This document shows positions 26,421-39,264 of a DNA stretch of 64,000 nucleotides, piece by piece. Source of the stretch: Guillardia theta CCMP2712. Taxonomy: Eukaryota; Protista; Cryptophyta. Positions within the stretch are counted from its first letter, which is position 1; each line of letters opens with the position of its first letter. The position numbers and the translations under genes were made by a program. Where the stretch lies: contig NW_005434653.1 of NCBI RefSeq assembly GCF_000315625.1, positions 601,745-665,744 on the forward strand, in the 5' to 3' direction. Under the pieces are notes generated by a model, which saw nothing but the letters and a program-made list of their open reading frames with translations, had not been told where the DNA came from and ran no database searches.

Positions 26421-27244
26421 TGTCGCCCCCAACGCGGGCAATGCCACAAAGTTATCGTGGCCCCTTGCCGCTGCTCATGACGATGCAGACTGAGAGGAGA
26501 ACCTGTTAGGCCATACCAGTATACTTGATGCTGTGCTGGGCGATGCTGATCCAATGCACGTCCTCTCCTCCCATGTGTCCTGTAGGAGCTCGGATACATT
26601 CTGGGACTCTAGCTTTTGACCTAACGGAAGGGAACCGAAGAGACCTGGCAGCTCTCAGGAGCTGTGTCGTCCCGCCGGTTACTTTTAGTTGCTCCAGTTG
26701 CGTTTTCAACTAGCAAGTAGAAGTTGAAGAGAGGATCCTATCGTGCCTTAGAGCCCTTGCTTGTGAGGCATGGCGTTGCGAGCGGTTAACAAAACCATAC
26801 ATCCCATTCTGATGAACAAAAAGATGTGACAGACTGCTTGCCTGTGTTCTTATCATGATTTACCATCTTGAGTGTTCCTCAACTATCAGTTTAAGCTGAT
26901 AGGTCTCATTGCACGCTCAGCGAACAGGAGGTTTCGAGGGAGTTGTTCTTAGTGTTTGTTTGCAACATGTATGTTTCATGGCATGCGTAGCAGCGACTAG
27001 AAAGCTTCTCGCGCCTCTTCTGCTGGCGGTTCGATTTCTTTGACATTGTCCCATAAGTGTATCAAGCCGCCTTTGTGATCACGCCCTTGCTGCCATTTTT
27101 TGAATTCTGTTTTTGGCGCGAAACTCCCACCAGGAGGCAGTGGCAGTCAGATATTTCGTTTGTCCTCGCAGCTTTGATGTGGCATGCTCCATATCGTCTT
27201 GACTGGATGATCTCAGGATCCGTTAGGGGACCTTAAAGCACAGC

Positions 27245-29757
27245 ATGCCCTCGCTGGAGGGCGAAGCCTCGCCAAGGCGATATGACGCAGCTCCTCTGCC
27301 GCTGGAAGCTATCCTCACAGAAGCTCCTCCCAGACCGCAACCAGAGAGCGAATCCTCGCCAGAGCCTCCTCCCGTAGCCAACACCTTGAACATCACTGGA
27401 GGAAGAGCAAGAGCAAGAGCCGAAGCAAGGTGAACATGCATACACAAAGCCAAAGTTGATTTTGATCGGTGGACTGGTACAGGGCGGCAGCTCAAGCAAA
27501 GAATGGAAGAGATATTACTGCAATGACCCAGAAAGAGAGGGACAGTCTCTTGCACGAGGTTGCCACTCACTTTGAGTCCGCAAACAAGTTCTGACGAGTC
27601 TCACCTTCAGTATAAGCCCTGGTTCTACACAAGGTTCGCAAAAACAGCCGTTACCCTTCCTCGTCAAATGTCAGTACATTCTTTTCTGCTCTCACTCCTG
27701 TTTGTGTCCACTGCGAATCAGGACATTAACACTCTACTCCGCTAGTTGCTTGGAAGACTTGAAGCAACTGTCTGCTGCCTGCGATAAACGACCGATGACG
27801 CTTAGACATCGACCAATGGGCATGTCAGCGAAAGGAAGAATTCAGAGCAGAAAGAGATTTGGTTCACAGCAAGGAAAAGATCAAAATGAATCAGTCCAGG
27901 AGGTATTTTGTTGTAGTTGAACATGCCTGTTCGAATCTGATCGACGAAATGTAGCTTTGGGCGGGTTGTGACGAATGTGGGAAATGGAGAAGAGTCCCTG
28001 AAGGCTTTGTTGTAGACGTGAGCAGAAACGATGTTGAAAACACAAGAAATGGTTTGACCTCCTTTTCCAGTCAAAGACCAAGTTTATATGCAACATGCTA
28101 AACGGTCTGAGCTGTGATCAGGTATTACGTACCACGCGAGGTTGTACCCATCAACTGATTCCATGAATGTTCAGCCGGAAGAAGATTGGAAAGAAGACGA
28201 TGCTTGGTTTGAATACAGCGAAGGAGAAAACCAATGCCCGGTACCTGATGAAAGCGTAAAATCTTGCAGTCTGAACGAGGTTTTGCAAGCAACAGTCTGC
28301 AGAGGAGAAATCGGAGGATACACCCCCACATGCTGTGCAAGAGAACAAGGCTCAAGCAGCATCAGATGCCATCGAGGAGAAGAGTTCTGCTGCCGTTGCA
28401 GCTTTGATTGAAGGAGATGCCCTCCTCTCGAAGAAGCGAAAGACCTGTAAGATTGTGCTTTGGCTTCCAGCAGCCTGGTTTACCTGCCCGCAGCTCCGGA
28501 TGTTGAGAATAAGGTCAAGCGACCGGCAACAGCTCCCACTACAGCTGGAGCAGCTGCTGAACAATCTGGTGGACCGGAAGTGAAGAGAGCACGGGCGTTG
28601 GAGCCTCTGAGCCCCGAGGATGTCACCAGCGGGACTGCGTATTACAACCCTGGCTCAAGACCCCTTGGCACCAACTTCCAGAACGCAAGAATCGGCGCTC
28701 CGCCTGTCTCGAGGCTGGAGGCAGTGATCCAGGTACAGGCGACCCTCCTCGTCCCTCCTGCCTCTGACTATCCTCCGAAAGGTTCTGCATCAGCTCCAGA
28801 AACCGACGCACTATGATGTCATCACACGGCAAGCGCTGCGGTTGGGGCTCATTCGCTTCACTGGTCTGAGCGATGGAGCCATGTCGAGGAGCCTCTGACA
28901 GTCGCGCGCTCACAGGGTCTCAAGGAACAGCAGGAGAGTCCATGAAGGCTTTTCTCAACAAGGTGCGGGAGGTGCTGGCGAATGTTGGCTTGTTGACTCG
29001 CTACCACAGACCATCCGTGAGAACAAGTCCCCCTCCGTTGTCAACCTTGGCAAGGTCAGCCTGCCGCCCATGCAGAGCAGATGCTAACTGGTGGTCAGGG
29101 CGTCTATGGCTTGAGAGAGTGGCTTCTACCGTCCTCCAACTCAGCTGCTGCGAGGAACGTCCAGCTGCAGAAGCACATGACTCAGACCCCCGTCAACTTG
29201 AACCTCGCGAGCACGTCGACCAACCGAAAGCCGCAGCAGCAGCCAACCTCCGCCCCTCTGCCTGGACAGCTTCCTGCAGCCTCCTCGATCCTGCAGCAAG
29301 GGTACAAGAAGCCGGGCTCTGCCCTGGACTCATCGGAGATGGCGAAACTCAAGAGCAAGACGGCTGAGACCTCCTACTCTGCTCCTCAGTCTCCTCCCAT
29401 CTGTCATCAGTCGCAAGCCGCCACGTCCGAGAACAACACAACACCAGTGCGAACGCATCGCCCGTCCCCTCCTTCACTTCCCTCTATGCAGCTGGTGAGT
29501 TGCCGAGAGTCTCGCGTGAGCGACTGAGCTGAGGGGCAGGGAGAGAAGGATCACAAGTGGGGGATCGAGAGCCTCGTGTCCTGGGAAGTGCTGCAGAAGA
29601 GTGCGGCGAGCAAGGATCAGACGGACAGCAACCGCATGGAGGCCAAGGGCTCGTCGTGAGTTGATGGTTGCGTTGAAGCTCCTACTAACATGCCTGCAGC
29701 AACGAGGAGCACGTGGAGACAAGTGGGCGAGCAGAGATAGGAGCCTTGTTAAATTGA
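27245..29757 (+). CDS. CW-type zinc finger protein, multi-exon, low-complexity C-terminus
   Basis: Exon at ~27956 reads LWAGCDECGKWRRVPEGFVVD, followed by KFICNML and ..PEEDW, matching W-x2-C-x2-C-x-KWR..C..PE of zf-CW. The last Cys ligand is not clearly resolved. Confidence 0.7.
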
Positions 29758-30219
29758 GATTGTTGCTGTTGTCTGGGCGACATTGTACCATAGCGCTGGC
29801 CTCGAGTCTGTGTGTAGATTGTGTGTCATAGTTTGTGATGGTGAAGTGTGTGTATGTGTGAAAGCTCTGGGACTGACGTCCTCTCGTTAAAATTCATTGA
29901 ATTCTTGAGTGCTCATAGACTCATCCCATCACCATCCTCCTTCCTTCTGCCTGGCGTTGTCTTCTCCTGTCCTCTCCTATCCTATCCTATCCTATCCTCC
30001 CCTCCCCTCCCCTCCCCTCCCCTCCCCTCCCCTCCCCTCCCCTCCCCTCTCCTCCCCGTACCTGTCTCGTTCTTACTGAGGGCACATGTCAATATCACAC
30101 CCCCTGTTATCCCAGGGTGTATTGGGAAGTAGGGGGTGGGGTAGTCCATTTTTGAACTGAAATTCGTAAGGAGAGAACAACATGCACTGCCAAAAGCAGC
30201 AGATGAAGCAGGAGGAGAA

Positions 30220-30510
30220 GGTGGTGGTGGTGGTGGAGGAGGAGGAGGAGGAGGATAGGAGGAGGAGCGGGAGGAGGAGGGATAGGAGGAGGAGGAGGAG
30301 GAGGAGGAGGAGGAGAGGCAGCAGGAGAAGGAGAAGGAGAAGTAGTAGTAATAGTGGTAGTAGAGGCAGGAAGAGAAGGAGAAGGAGTAGAGGCAGCAGC
30401 AGCAGCAGAGGAAGCAGGAGAAGCAGAAGCAGAAGCAGAAGCAGAAGCAGAAGTAGTAGTAGTAGAGGCAGCAGGAGAAGGAGGAGCAGGAGCAGGAGCA
30501 GGAGAAGAGG
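30220..30510. repeat. Purine-rich compound microsatellite (GGA/AGC/AGAAGC)
   Basis: Direct inspection. Confidence 0.9.
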
Positions 30511-30827
30511 TAGGGAGAATAGCAAAAGCTAGAGGACTACAAGAAGAAAGGGAAACTTTTCCTATTCCCAGACCAACTTGATTCGAGCGCTCAAGTTCGT
30601 CGCAGGTCCTTTCGACTTTGAACCTCTCCTTGCGTTCAAAGGGAAACGTTTGTCGAAGCCTTCCTGTTTGACTTGGATGAGAGCCCTTGTTTGAGATCTC
30701 CTACCCCCCCCTCCTCTCTCCTCTACCGTTCTTCCTGTCTTTCTCCCTCCCTCCCCTCCTCTCTCCTCTCGCTCTCCACCTTCGCTCCTTCCTCGCATCG
30801 CACTCCTCGTCTTGACGGTGGGGCCTC

Positions 30828-33390
30828 ATGAAGGAAGCAAGCTCGCAAGAGGTCAAGCTCAACGCCAACGCCGTCAACCTCCTCCGCGACGTCTATGAAG
30901 CCTACTGCGTCACCCAGCAGCAGCGGCCAGGAGGGTCGAAGATCGAGCTCGGCGTAAGAGGATGGGAAACTTTCTGCTCCGACTGCGAGCTCGTGGGAGG
31001 CAACCTGACGCTTCCCGCGCTGCGAAAAATCTTTGAGGAGGAGGACAAGGACGGGCGAGGGCTGCTGAGCTTCGAGAGCTTCTTGCGCGCTCTTTCAGCA
31101 GTGAGCGACAACATGTTCGAGGACGAGGACGACGCCATGTCGCGTCTCGTGTACTTCAAGGTCATCAAATTTGGGAGATTGACGAGGAGCAGCGGCAGGG
31201 AGAAGGAGGAGGGGGAGGAGGAGGACGAGGTATCTTGGGATGACAGTCGCTTCTCCTTCCGCGCAGCTCCGTCGGAGGAGAGCGCGCAGCTACTGAAGCA
31301 GCATCTCGAGTGCAGCAAGGAGAGCGCAAAGCTGTCGACACTGGGGCCTCTGCTGGTGGGAGCTTACCTGTACTACAAGGGCTCAAGCCCCCTCCTCTCC
31401 CTCCAAGGCATGGTTCAAATCTGCTTCGACCTCGGCATCGTCCCCTCCTTGCTCTCCTACACGCAGGTACAAGCTCGCTTCCGTGCCTTCTGCTCCTCCT
31501 CCCCTCCCGAGCCCCAGGGCCTCAACTACGTCGGGATGATGCGATGCCTGCGGGCGTGCGCGGACTCTGCGTTCAGAGGAGACCCGAGCGGGAAGGACTC
31601 GACGACGATGCTGGTGGAGCGGATGATCAGCCCGCCGATGCTCTCGCGGGAGGTCGACAAGCCTCGCTCCTACTTCGCCATGGAGAGCCGTAAGGTCGGG
31701 GGCCAGCTCGGAGTGAGCCGACAAGATGAGGAAGAGGAGAGGGAGAAGGGGAGGCGCGCGAGAGAAGCTGGGCTGCAGTTGGGGGGCGACAGTGGAAGTA
31801 GCGGGCAAGAGGAGGGGGAAGACAAGGAGCTTGAACGAGCTCTGCAACGGCTGGAGGAGGAGCTGAAACGGCAGATGGATGAGCTGGCGAGCAAGTACGC
31901 GGAGAAGGAGGTTGGGATCAAGAGACAGCGCGAGGCAGCTCGGAAGCAGCTGGAGGAGGAGTGTGCGATGAAGCTGCTCGAGTCAGAGTCTCGGCTCTAC
32001 CTCAACCTCTCCAAGTTCCATCCCTCCCAGCAGCTCCTCGACCTCAAGTCCAAGGCCCGCGCCCTCCAGGTGGCCAAACACGCGAGCGCGAGCGAGCGGA
32101 TTGAGGTGGAGGAGGAGGTGAGGGTGAGGGAGACGGAAGAGCGCGAGAAGTTCCGGGAGAAGGTGAGGATGGAGCACCAGGTGCTGCATGCTCGAGTCAA
32201 GATGGAGGTGGAGAAGGCGAAGACTCGGTTCGAGGAGGAGACGCAGAGCCTGCAGGGGGAAACGCTGGCGCTCATGGAGACAGACTTCCAGAGCATGCGA
32301 CAGAAGGTCTCCTCCTCCCTCTCCTTCTCTCTCGCCCTCTCCCTCCCTTCCTGCACCTCCTTGGTCGTCTTTCTGCTACCTCGGCGTCTTCCTGATCCTC
32401 ATCTCCCTTCTTCCTCCCACAGCACAACTCTTTCCTTGTCCTCGTCACTTCTCGCTGCCTGCCTGTCTGACTTTCTCTCCTCCCCCTGCTCCGCTCATTT
32501 CCCTTCCTCGCAGTATGAAACCAAGCGCGCGGCTCTACAGCAGCTTCACGCGAGGAGCAAGACGTCAGAGGCAAGCAAGTTCGCCTTCCTGTCCGCCATC
32601 GCCGAGAAGTCCAAGGGAAGGAAGACAAGCGTTCCTCCTCTCGACCTGCACCTCAAGCTCGACTCGTCCCATGCCAACCAGCTGGACAGCAGCAGAAGGA
32701 GAGGAGGAGGAGGAGGAGGAGGCACCCAACGGTCTGCGAGGTCTACTGCCTCTCAGCCTTCTCTTGCTCCGACGACGCCGCGAGCGAGACAGAAGGCAGG
32801 AGGAGGAAGGAGAGCGACGGAGATGTTGCAGCGGGTGCTGCGGGAGATCTTTGACAACGTGCTGGAGGCTTTTGTGTTCCTCGACATGGACGGGTCTGAC
32901 TGCATCCTCCGCTACCAACTCGCACGACAAATGCAGAGGATCGCTCCCCATGTCTCCTTCGAGCAGGTCAAACACCACCAGCTGCTTATCCTCCCCCTCC
33001 TCCCTCCTCTCCTCCTTCCCCCCCCTCTCTTCTTTCCTCTCCTCCTTCCCCCCTCTCTCTTCTCTCCTCTCCTCCTTCCCCCCTCTCTCTTCTCTCCTCT
33101 CCTCCTTCCCCCCCCCTCTCTTCTCTCCTCTCCTCCTTCCCCCCTCTCCCTTCTCTCCTCTCCTTCCCTTCTTCCCTCTTGCTGATTCTTAGGTTTGCTG
33201 GGAGCAGGTGATGGTGGAGGTGGACGGCAAGAGCAGCAACAACAGCATCCCCCTGCTCAAGTTCGTGCAGCACTTCTCATGGCCTGACGGCATCGCCGAC
33301 AGACAGCGAGAGTACGAGAAGCTGAAGCTCAACCGCAGAGAGGTAACACGAAGAGAAGATGAAAACATACTCAATACTCGATCATAAAAA

Positions 33391-33432
<42 letters not shown>

Positions 33433-35852
33433 GAAATCAACATCGCCATCATCATCTCCAAATTCTTCACTTTCATCGCCTCTGATCATCTGCTGCAGGT
33501 CCTCGCAAAGTTTGAGAGGTGGAGGAGGAGCAAGCTCGACGAGGTCACCAACGCGTTCGTTGCCAAGAAGCCGGCGGGGACGGTAGAGGCGAAGAGAGCA
33601 GAGAGCAAGACGATCATGGCGACGTCCCCTCGTCCTCCTCCCTCCTGCGTCGACGACTCCTCGGTGAGCAGCTGCAAGGTCCCCGATCTCTCCTCCTCCT
33701 CCTCCGCCTTCCGTGCCAAGTCAGCTCCTCGCGAGAGGCCCTCGCAGAGCAAGCTTGACCGGCTGGTGAGAGGGGAGGAGGTGTCGCGGAGAGGAGCTCG
33801 CGGGGCCCACGACGGGGACGGGGGAGAGACAAGGAGGAAGGCATGGGTGTCCGATGCTGTTCGAGATGCGGAGGTAAAGAAGCTGGAGAGAGAAAAGAGG
33901 AAGGTAACCCTCATCGCCATTCGTTCTTTACCACCCTCCTCCTCCTCCTCCTCCTCCTCTCATTCTTGTCGTAGCTTGCAGTACAGCTCCTCGATGCCGA
34001 GAGAAAGCTTGCTCTCGCCAGCTCGGCAGCAGCAGCGGAGGGGGATGAAGCGAAGGGCTCGCTATCCTCGTCTCGTCGACACAGCTCGAGGGCACAGGCA
34101 AGGTCTCCTCCTCCCTTCGTGGGCCCCAAGGGAGCGTACAAGGAGGAGAAGAGCGTCGCGATGTTCGAGGAGGGAGCCGCCAATTTCGTCGTGTCTAAGA
34201 CGGGCCTGTGGGCTCCTGTGCCCCGCGGCGCTGCGGAGAAGAGCAACGAGGAGGATTCGAAGATGCCGCGGCCGGGGGATGGGGAGGAGAGAGAAGCAGC
34301 AGGCATGAAGGAGGTCAGGCCGCAGCAGGGGGTAGGAGGCGGCGCTGGGGAGGAGAGGCAGACGGCCTCGCATCCTCCGCTGGCTGCCTTGGCGTCGAGG
34401 CAGGACGACTGGCTGGACACGTGCATCCAGGTGCGAGCGAGAGGAGGGAGGAGACGATGACGTCCTTGCAGATGATCAGCGGGTTTGTGGGTCAAGATCT
34501 CGAGAAGCGAGAGGTGAGAGAGGAGGAGAGGAAGGACGGAGGAGGAGGAGGAGGAGGAGGAGGAGGAGGAGGAGGAGGTGTCGTTCTGAATACTATCAGG
34601 CCTCTCAAACGGAAGAGAGGTATCACTCGCTCGCTCAGGTTCCTTCTCCTCCCCTCTCGTGCTTGTCCGCTGACTTGAATATCAAGATAAGACCAGAAGG
34701 ACAAGGTGGCCCTGCACCACCGTTTCCTCCTTTCCCCCCTCCTCTCTCCTCTCTTCCTCCCTCCCTCTTATCCGGGTCCCTCACGTAGCTCACGTAGGAA
34801 GAGTATCCGGCAGCTTGGAGGAGGCCATCAGCTTCGCTTCCGACCAGTCTCCCTCCCACCTTCTGGCCGATCATCCCACCAGGAGCCTCGTCGACCCCAC
34901 ATGGAGCCCTCTCGAGCTCGACCAGTCCGCTCCTCCTCGTCCTCGCCCTGTTGAGATGGATACTTCCGCCCACTGGGACATCAGCCCGGGTTCGGGCGAC
35001 ATGCGCGCCTCCTCGTCGCTTCCCTCGCGCTTCCAGGCTGCCGTGGCGGAGCAGGAGGAGGAGGATCAAGTGCCTGTGGCGAGCCTAGAGGAAGACTTCA
35101 ACGGCTACCAGGAGCTCACAATTACCGACGTGCTTGGAGAGGTAGGGAAGGAGGAGGAGGACGGGAGGTGACGAGGTGAGGCAGAGGAGGAAGGAGCAGA
35201 TGCTTCCTTGGAGCCTGGACGTGGCCATGCGAGCGACCATTCAGGAGATGTCAGGAGGTGAAGCAGCTGAGCCACTGAGCCGCTTCCTCGAGGTGACGAG
35301 CCGCGCAGACCTGGAGCAGGCGGAAGACGCGAGGGAGCAGGACAAGCCCCACGGGCACAACCGACAGCAAGTCGCTGCTCGTGCGGGGAAGGAGGAGGAA
35401 ACCGCAAGCCACATCGCGAGGAAGCAGGCATGGTTCAAGAAGAAGCTGGTGCCTCGCTCCTCTCCCGCCCCTCCCTCGCGTCCCTCACGTCGCTTGCAGA
35501 TGGCTGACTCGTCGGAGAGCGAGGACGAGGACCGCGAGAAGCATCGGCGCGAGGAGGAGAAGCCTCGGGCCCGTACCGATGAAGACGAGGACGACTCGAG
35601 CGAGGAGGAGCACGAAGAGCTCATGTCGCGAGTGCTGGGGAAGAGCAACAAGGTTGAGCAGGAGGAAGCGAAGAGGACGAATCATCGGGACGTGGCTGCC
35701 AACTTCATCAAGGTAGGCCGAACAGACGCTGTCCTCATTCCGCGATGATGTGAGGGCAGGCGCTGAACGACGACGAGGAGGAGGACGACGACGACGACGA
35801 AGAGTTTGCCAAGGCGCTAAGACAAGGGAGGTTTCAAGCAGTTTTGCGATGA
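30828..35852 (+). CDS. Large EF-hand / coiled-coil protein of unknown function
   Basis: EF-hand-like loops EDKDGRGLLSFESF and DMDGSDCILRYQL, a long E/K/R coiled coil, spliceable exons, acidic C-terminus ending FAKALRQGRFQAVLR*. Could be two genes. Confidence 0.65.
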
Positions 35853-35953
35853 GGAAGGGAGAAATGAAATGTCTGTGAGGAAGTTGTACAAGAATGCTCC
35901 AAGAGGTTCACTGGCAAGTAGGAGGCACCTCGACCCGCTCTGGCTCGCTGCCT

Positions 35954-36400
35954 TCACTTGACATGCTTGTCGATGGATGCAACGAGAGCGGCAGACGAGG
36001 CTCCCACCAGCTCCTCCACCTTCCCTCCATCCTTCAAGAGGATGAAAGTAGGAACAGCTCTGCTTACGCGTCAACTGCTGCGGCGAGAGGGCGAGGTGAA
36101 GAGGAAAGAGAGAGACGACATACCTTATCGAATTGCTTGCCGCCACATCGTCTGCTTCGTCCACGTCGACCTTCAGGAAGGAAACTTTGTCTCCGTACTT
36201 CGCCGCAAGATTCTGCACCTATGGAAATCCTCACCCTCCTCCCTACACGGAACATCCGCTACCTCGGGCCAAATCCTCTGACATGGTCCACACCACTTGG
36301 CTGTGTGATAGGCTACAACGAGCTTCGACTTGACATCTGCCGCTGCTTTGTACTCCTGCATATTGTTCACGATCTTGACGGCCGAGGCGTCCGAGGCCAT
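35954..36400 (-). CDS. TRX: Thioredoxin, 3 exons
   Basis: MASDASAVKIV..TAKWCGPCQRIWPE|VQNLAAKYGDKVSFLKVDVDE..|AVPTFILLKDGGKVEELVGA..DKHVK*. Confidence 0.95.
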
Positions 36401-37049
36401 GGTTCTTCTTCCCTGTACGTCAAACTGTCTGTTTGGAAGGGGAGCTGCACAAATGGTGAGAAGAGTGACATGGATGTTGAGGAAACCATGCCTGACCAAG
36501 CTCTCGGGGGCGCCAAACAGAACCTGGGGGTTGTACATGTCTTTGTTAGGGGGAGGGCGCAAAGTGGAAACAGGACATGAAGGGAAAGCTTCAAATATGA
36601 TGAGTAAAGAAGAGCAGAGATGTCACAGTTTCAGCTCTTTATGTGTCGGTAAGAAAAAGAAAAAGGATTTGAAAGGAATCGGATGGAGGAGGGAGAAGAA
36701 TGCTTGTATTTGGAAAGCAAAGGGGAAGGGAAACATGCAGGAAGACTGCACAAGGAGAGATGACTGTGGAAAAGAGAGAGCGAGAAAGGCATGCATGCAT
36801 GAAGTGGGGCGGCTTGGATCCTATACCTGCTCGTCATTCTCCTCGCCCCCACCATCTTCGCTCCTCCTACCACCATTACAAGCGCCGCCCTGCGCATCAT
36901 AGAGAGCGGATACTACCCCGTCATAGATGACCCCCCCTTTACATCAGATCTATCCAATCACCCCTACCCACTATATTGAGTAGGATACAGGGGGTTATCT
37001 ATAGCGATGTACTACCACTACCGGCCACGTTCATTACCCACCCCACACA

Positions 37050-37560
37050 ACTCAGTGACTCCTCTTGGCCCGCCTCAGGTATGTCAGTTGCGGGCCGGCG
37101 TACCGTACCGGGCCCGGGCCGGCCCCGGCGGGGGCCGGCCGGGCCCGGCCACTCAGCCTAGTACCGGGTGACTCAGGCCCCACGCCGGGCCTGGACTCTC
37201 AAGTCTGCCGCTGTGCGTGTTTGTACTTGACTTACACTCGTTTCCTGGCATGAGACACCGTCCCGGTGGCACTGAATCAGGCTGACTCAGTATTCAACTG
37301 GCAAACTGAGTCCCCAGCTTTTTCAAATAAGCTTTCAGTTTGCCAGCCTGTTGTGTCCACGTACCGCCCACGGCGGTGGTTGGCCGGGCCATCATGGCAT
37401 CGCGGCTCAGGGCCCGGCGGCCCGGCCCCCGGGCCGGGCCGGGATCATGCCGGACTGCTAGGCGGCTCGGGTCCCGACCCGGTGACCGGGTCCCCGCCGG
37501 GGGCCCCCGCCGGGGTGGCATCACTGTCTCAGCCCGAGGGTCACCCACCCTGGATGTCGC
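37050..37560. repeat. GC-rich palindromic-word island, flanked by ACCC-rich DNA
   Basis: GTACCGTACCGGGCCCGGGCCGGCCCCGG, ACTCAGTGACT, CCGGTGACCGG. Confidence 0.7.
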
Positions 37561-38046
37561 CGGGCTTTCCGTACCCCTCCATCCAATACTATGATACTTC
37601 AAATGACTCTCATACCCCCTGCTTTGAGTTGTTAAGTACCATGTTCCTGACCTTCATGACCCTACCCCTCCCACTCTGTCTGACACCCCCACCCACTTAA
37701 AATCGGTCTCGGGAATAGCCGGAACCTCCGCACAGACTGGAGGCTCGACGATCTCTGAATATTCTTGCGGTGAGGGTGTTGAGAGAAATATAATTTCTAT
37801 GATTTTAAAAAGATATACGTACTGGTTGTAATTTTACTTTCAAATTTCAACTTATATTGATGAATATTCGAGCTATGAAACAAATTAACTTTCTGGGTTT
37901 TGAGGTGGAGGAAAATCATTGCTTCCGACGGAAATTTTGTCTAGGACACAAAGTGAACTCGAGACAAGCCCAACACCCCCAGACAGCAGGAGCAGGAGCG
38001 GGAGAGGGAGAGGGAGCAGGAGCAGGGAGCAGGAGCAGGGAGAAGG

Positions 38047-38156
38047 GAGCAGGCAGCAGGCAGCAGGCAGCAGGCAGCAGGCAGCAGGCAGCAGGCAGCA
38101 GGCAGCAGGCAGCAGGCAGCAGGCAGCAGGCAGCAGGCAGCAGGCAGCAGGCAGCA
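38047..38156. repeat. (GGCAGCA)n heptamer repeat
   Basis: Perfect tandem run. Confidence 0.95.
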
Positions 38157-38233
38157 ATCGTTGCAATGCTTTTGATGGCCATGCGGTGCTTGTAAAGAGA
38201 CGTGGGTTGTTTGCGATGACTTCAAGTGAGTAG

Positions 38234-39110
38234 ATGGGCAACAACTCTAGCAGAGGGTCGCTCATGTCCCCTCGTCAACCTGTAAGCATCCTGAGAGTGC
38301 TCTGTGCACGACCTGACCAAAGGAGGCAGAGGCCCTCGCGAAGCAGAACTTGTTCGGTCTGCGCGTCAGAACTCACTCTTTCGTGGAACTGCGAGGTACA
38401 GGAGATGAAGGGGACGGTGAATGCGAGGGAGTTGGGGAATTTTCTTACTTGCACTTCACTCACAAGATACATCAGTTCTGTGCGAGGAGGAAGCTTGGGG
38501 TTCCACCGCCAAACTCTCCTTTCAACCTCAGTGTGCGATCAGATCTTTTTGTATCGGAGACAGATGATGAGCTGAGGAGAAGACTGGGATGGGAAGAGGA
38601 GATCTTCAGCGCGATTCTTGATCTACAACGGAGACCTCCCGAGCTCCTTCGCTCGCGCTACCTCATGGGCGACATCGAGCGAGAACTTCTCTCCCGCAAA
38701 GTTGAGGTGACGCTGAGCCGGCCTCCCTCCTCTTCCTTACAACGACTGCACAGGATCTGGTGATGCAGCTGGAGCAATACTTGGGCATGGAGGAGAGAAG
38801 CTTCTCTGACGGTGACATGAGGAGCAGAAGGGCGTGGGAGCACGAGATGGAGTTGCGGATAGACAGACTACGACAGGAGGAAGCGATTGAACCCTCAGAT
38901 GTCATGCAGTGGAAGCAAATGCTAGAGCAGGTAGAGGAGGAGAAGCTCATGCTGTGCCGAAACACAGAGGTTTGAGAGCCCTACTTCCCCTCCCTTCCCC
39001 CTCTCCTCTTCTCCTGCTCCCTTCGTCCTGCTTGAGCGTTGACGATCATATCAGGAGCTGCTGAACGTGGTGGAGGTGAGAATGAAGGAGGTTGAGTGCT
39101 TGTAGATGTG
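38234..39110 (+). CDS. Hypothetical protein, helical/charged
   Basis: Spliceable exons MGNNSSRG.., ELRRRLGWEEEIFSAILDL.., LEQYLGMEE..WEHEMELRIDRL; no recognised domain. Confidence 0.5.
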
Positions 39111-39264
39111 AACGGACTTGATAATATAGTCTTTGTTGGTAAAAGAATATCGCGCTCATCCATTGTTTGCTGGTAACATCCGCACTCTGCGGTTCTCCAG
39201 CACCGTCACCATGTGAGACATTTTGTGTTGAAGCTCATCAACTTTTCGGATCTGCTCCTGCTCA

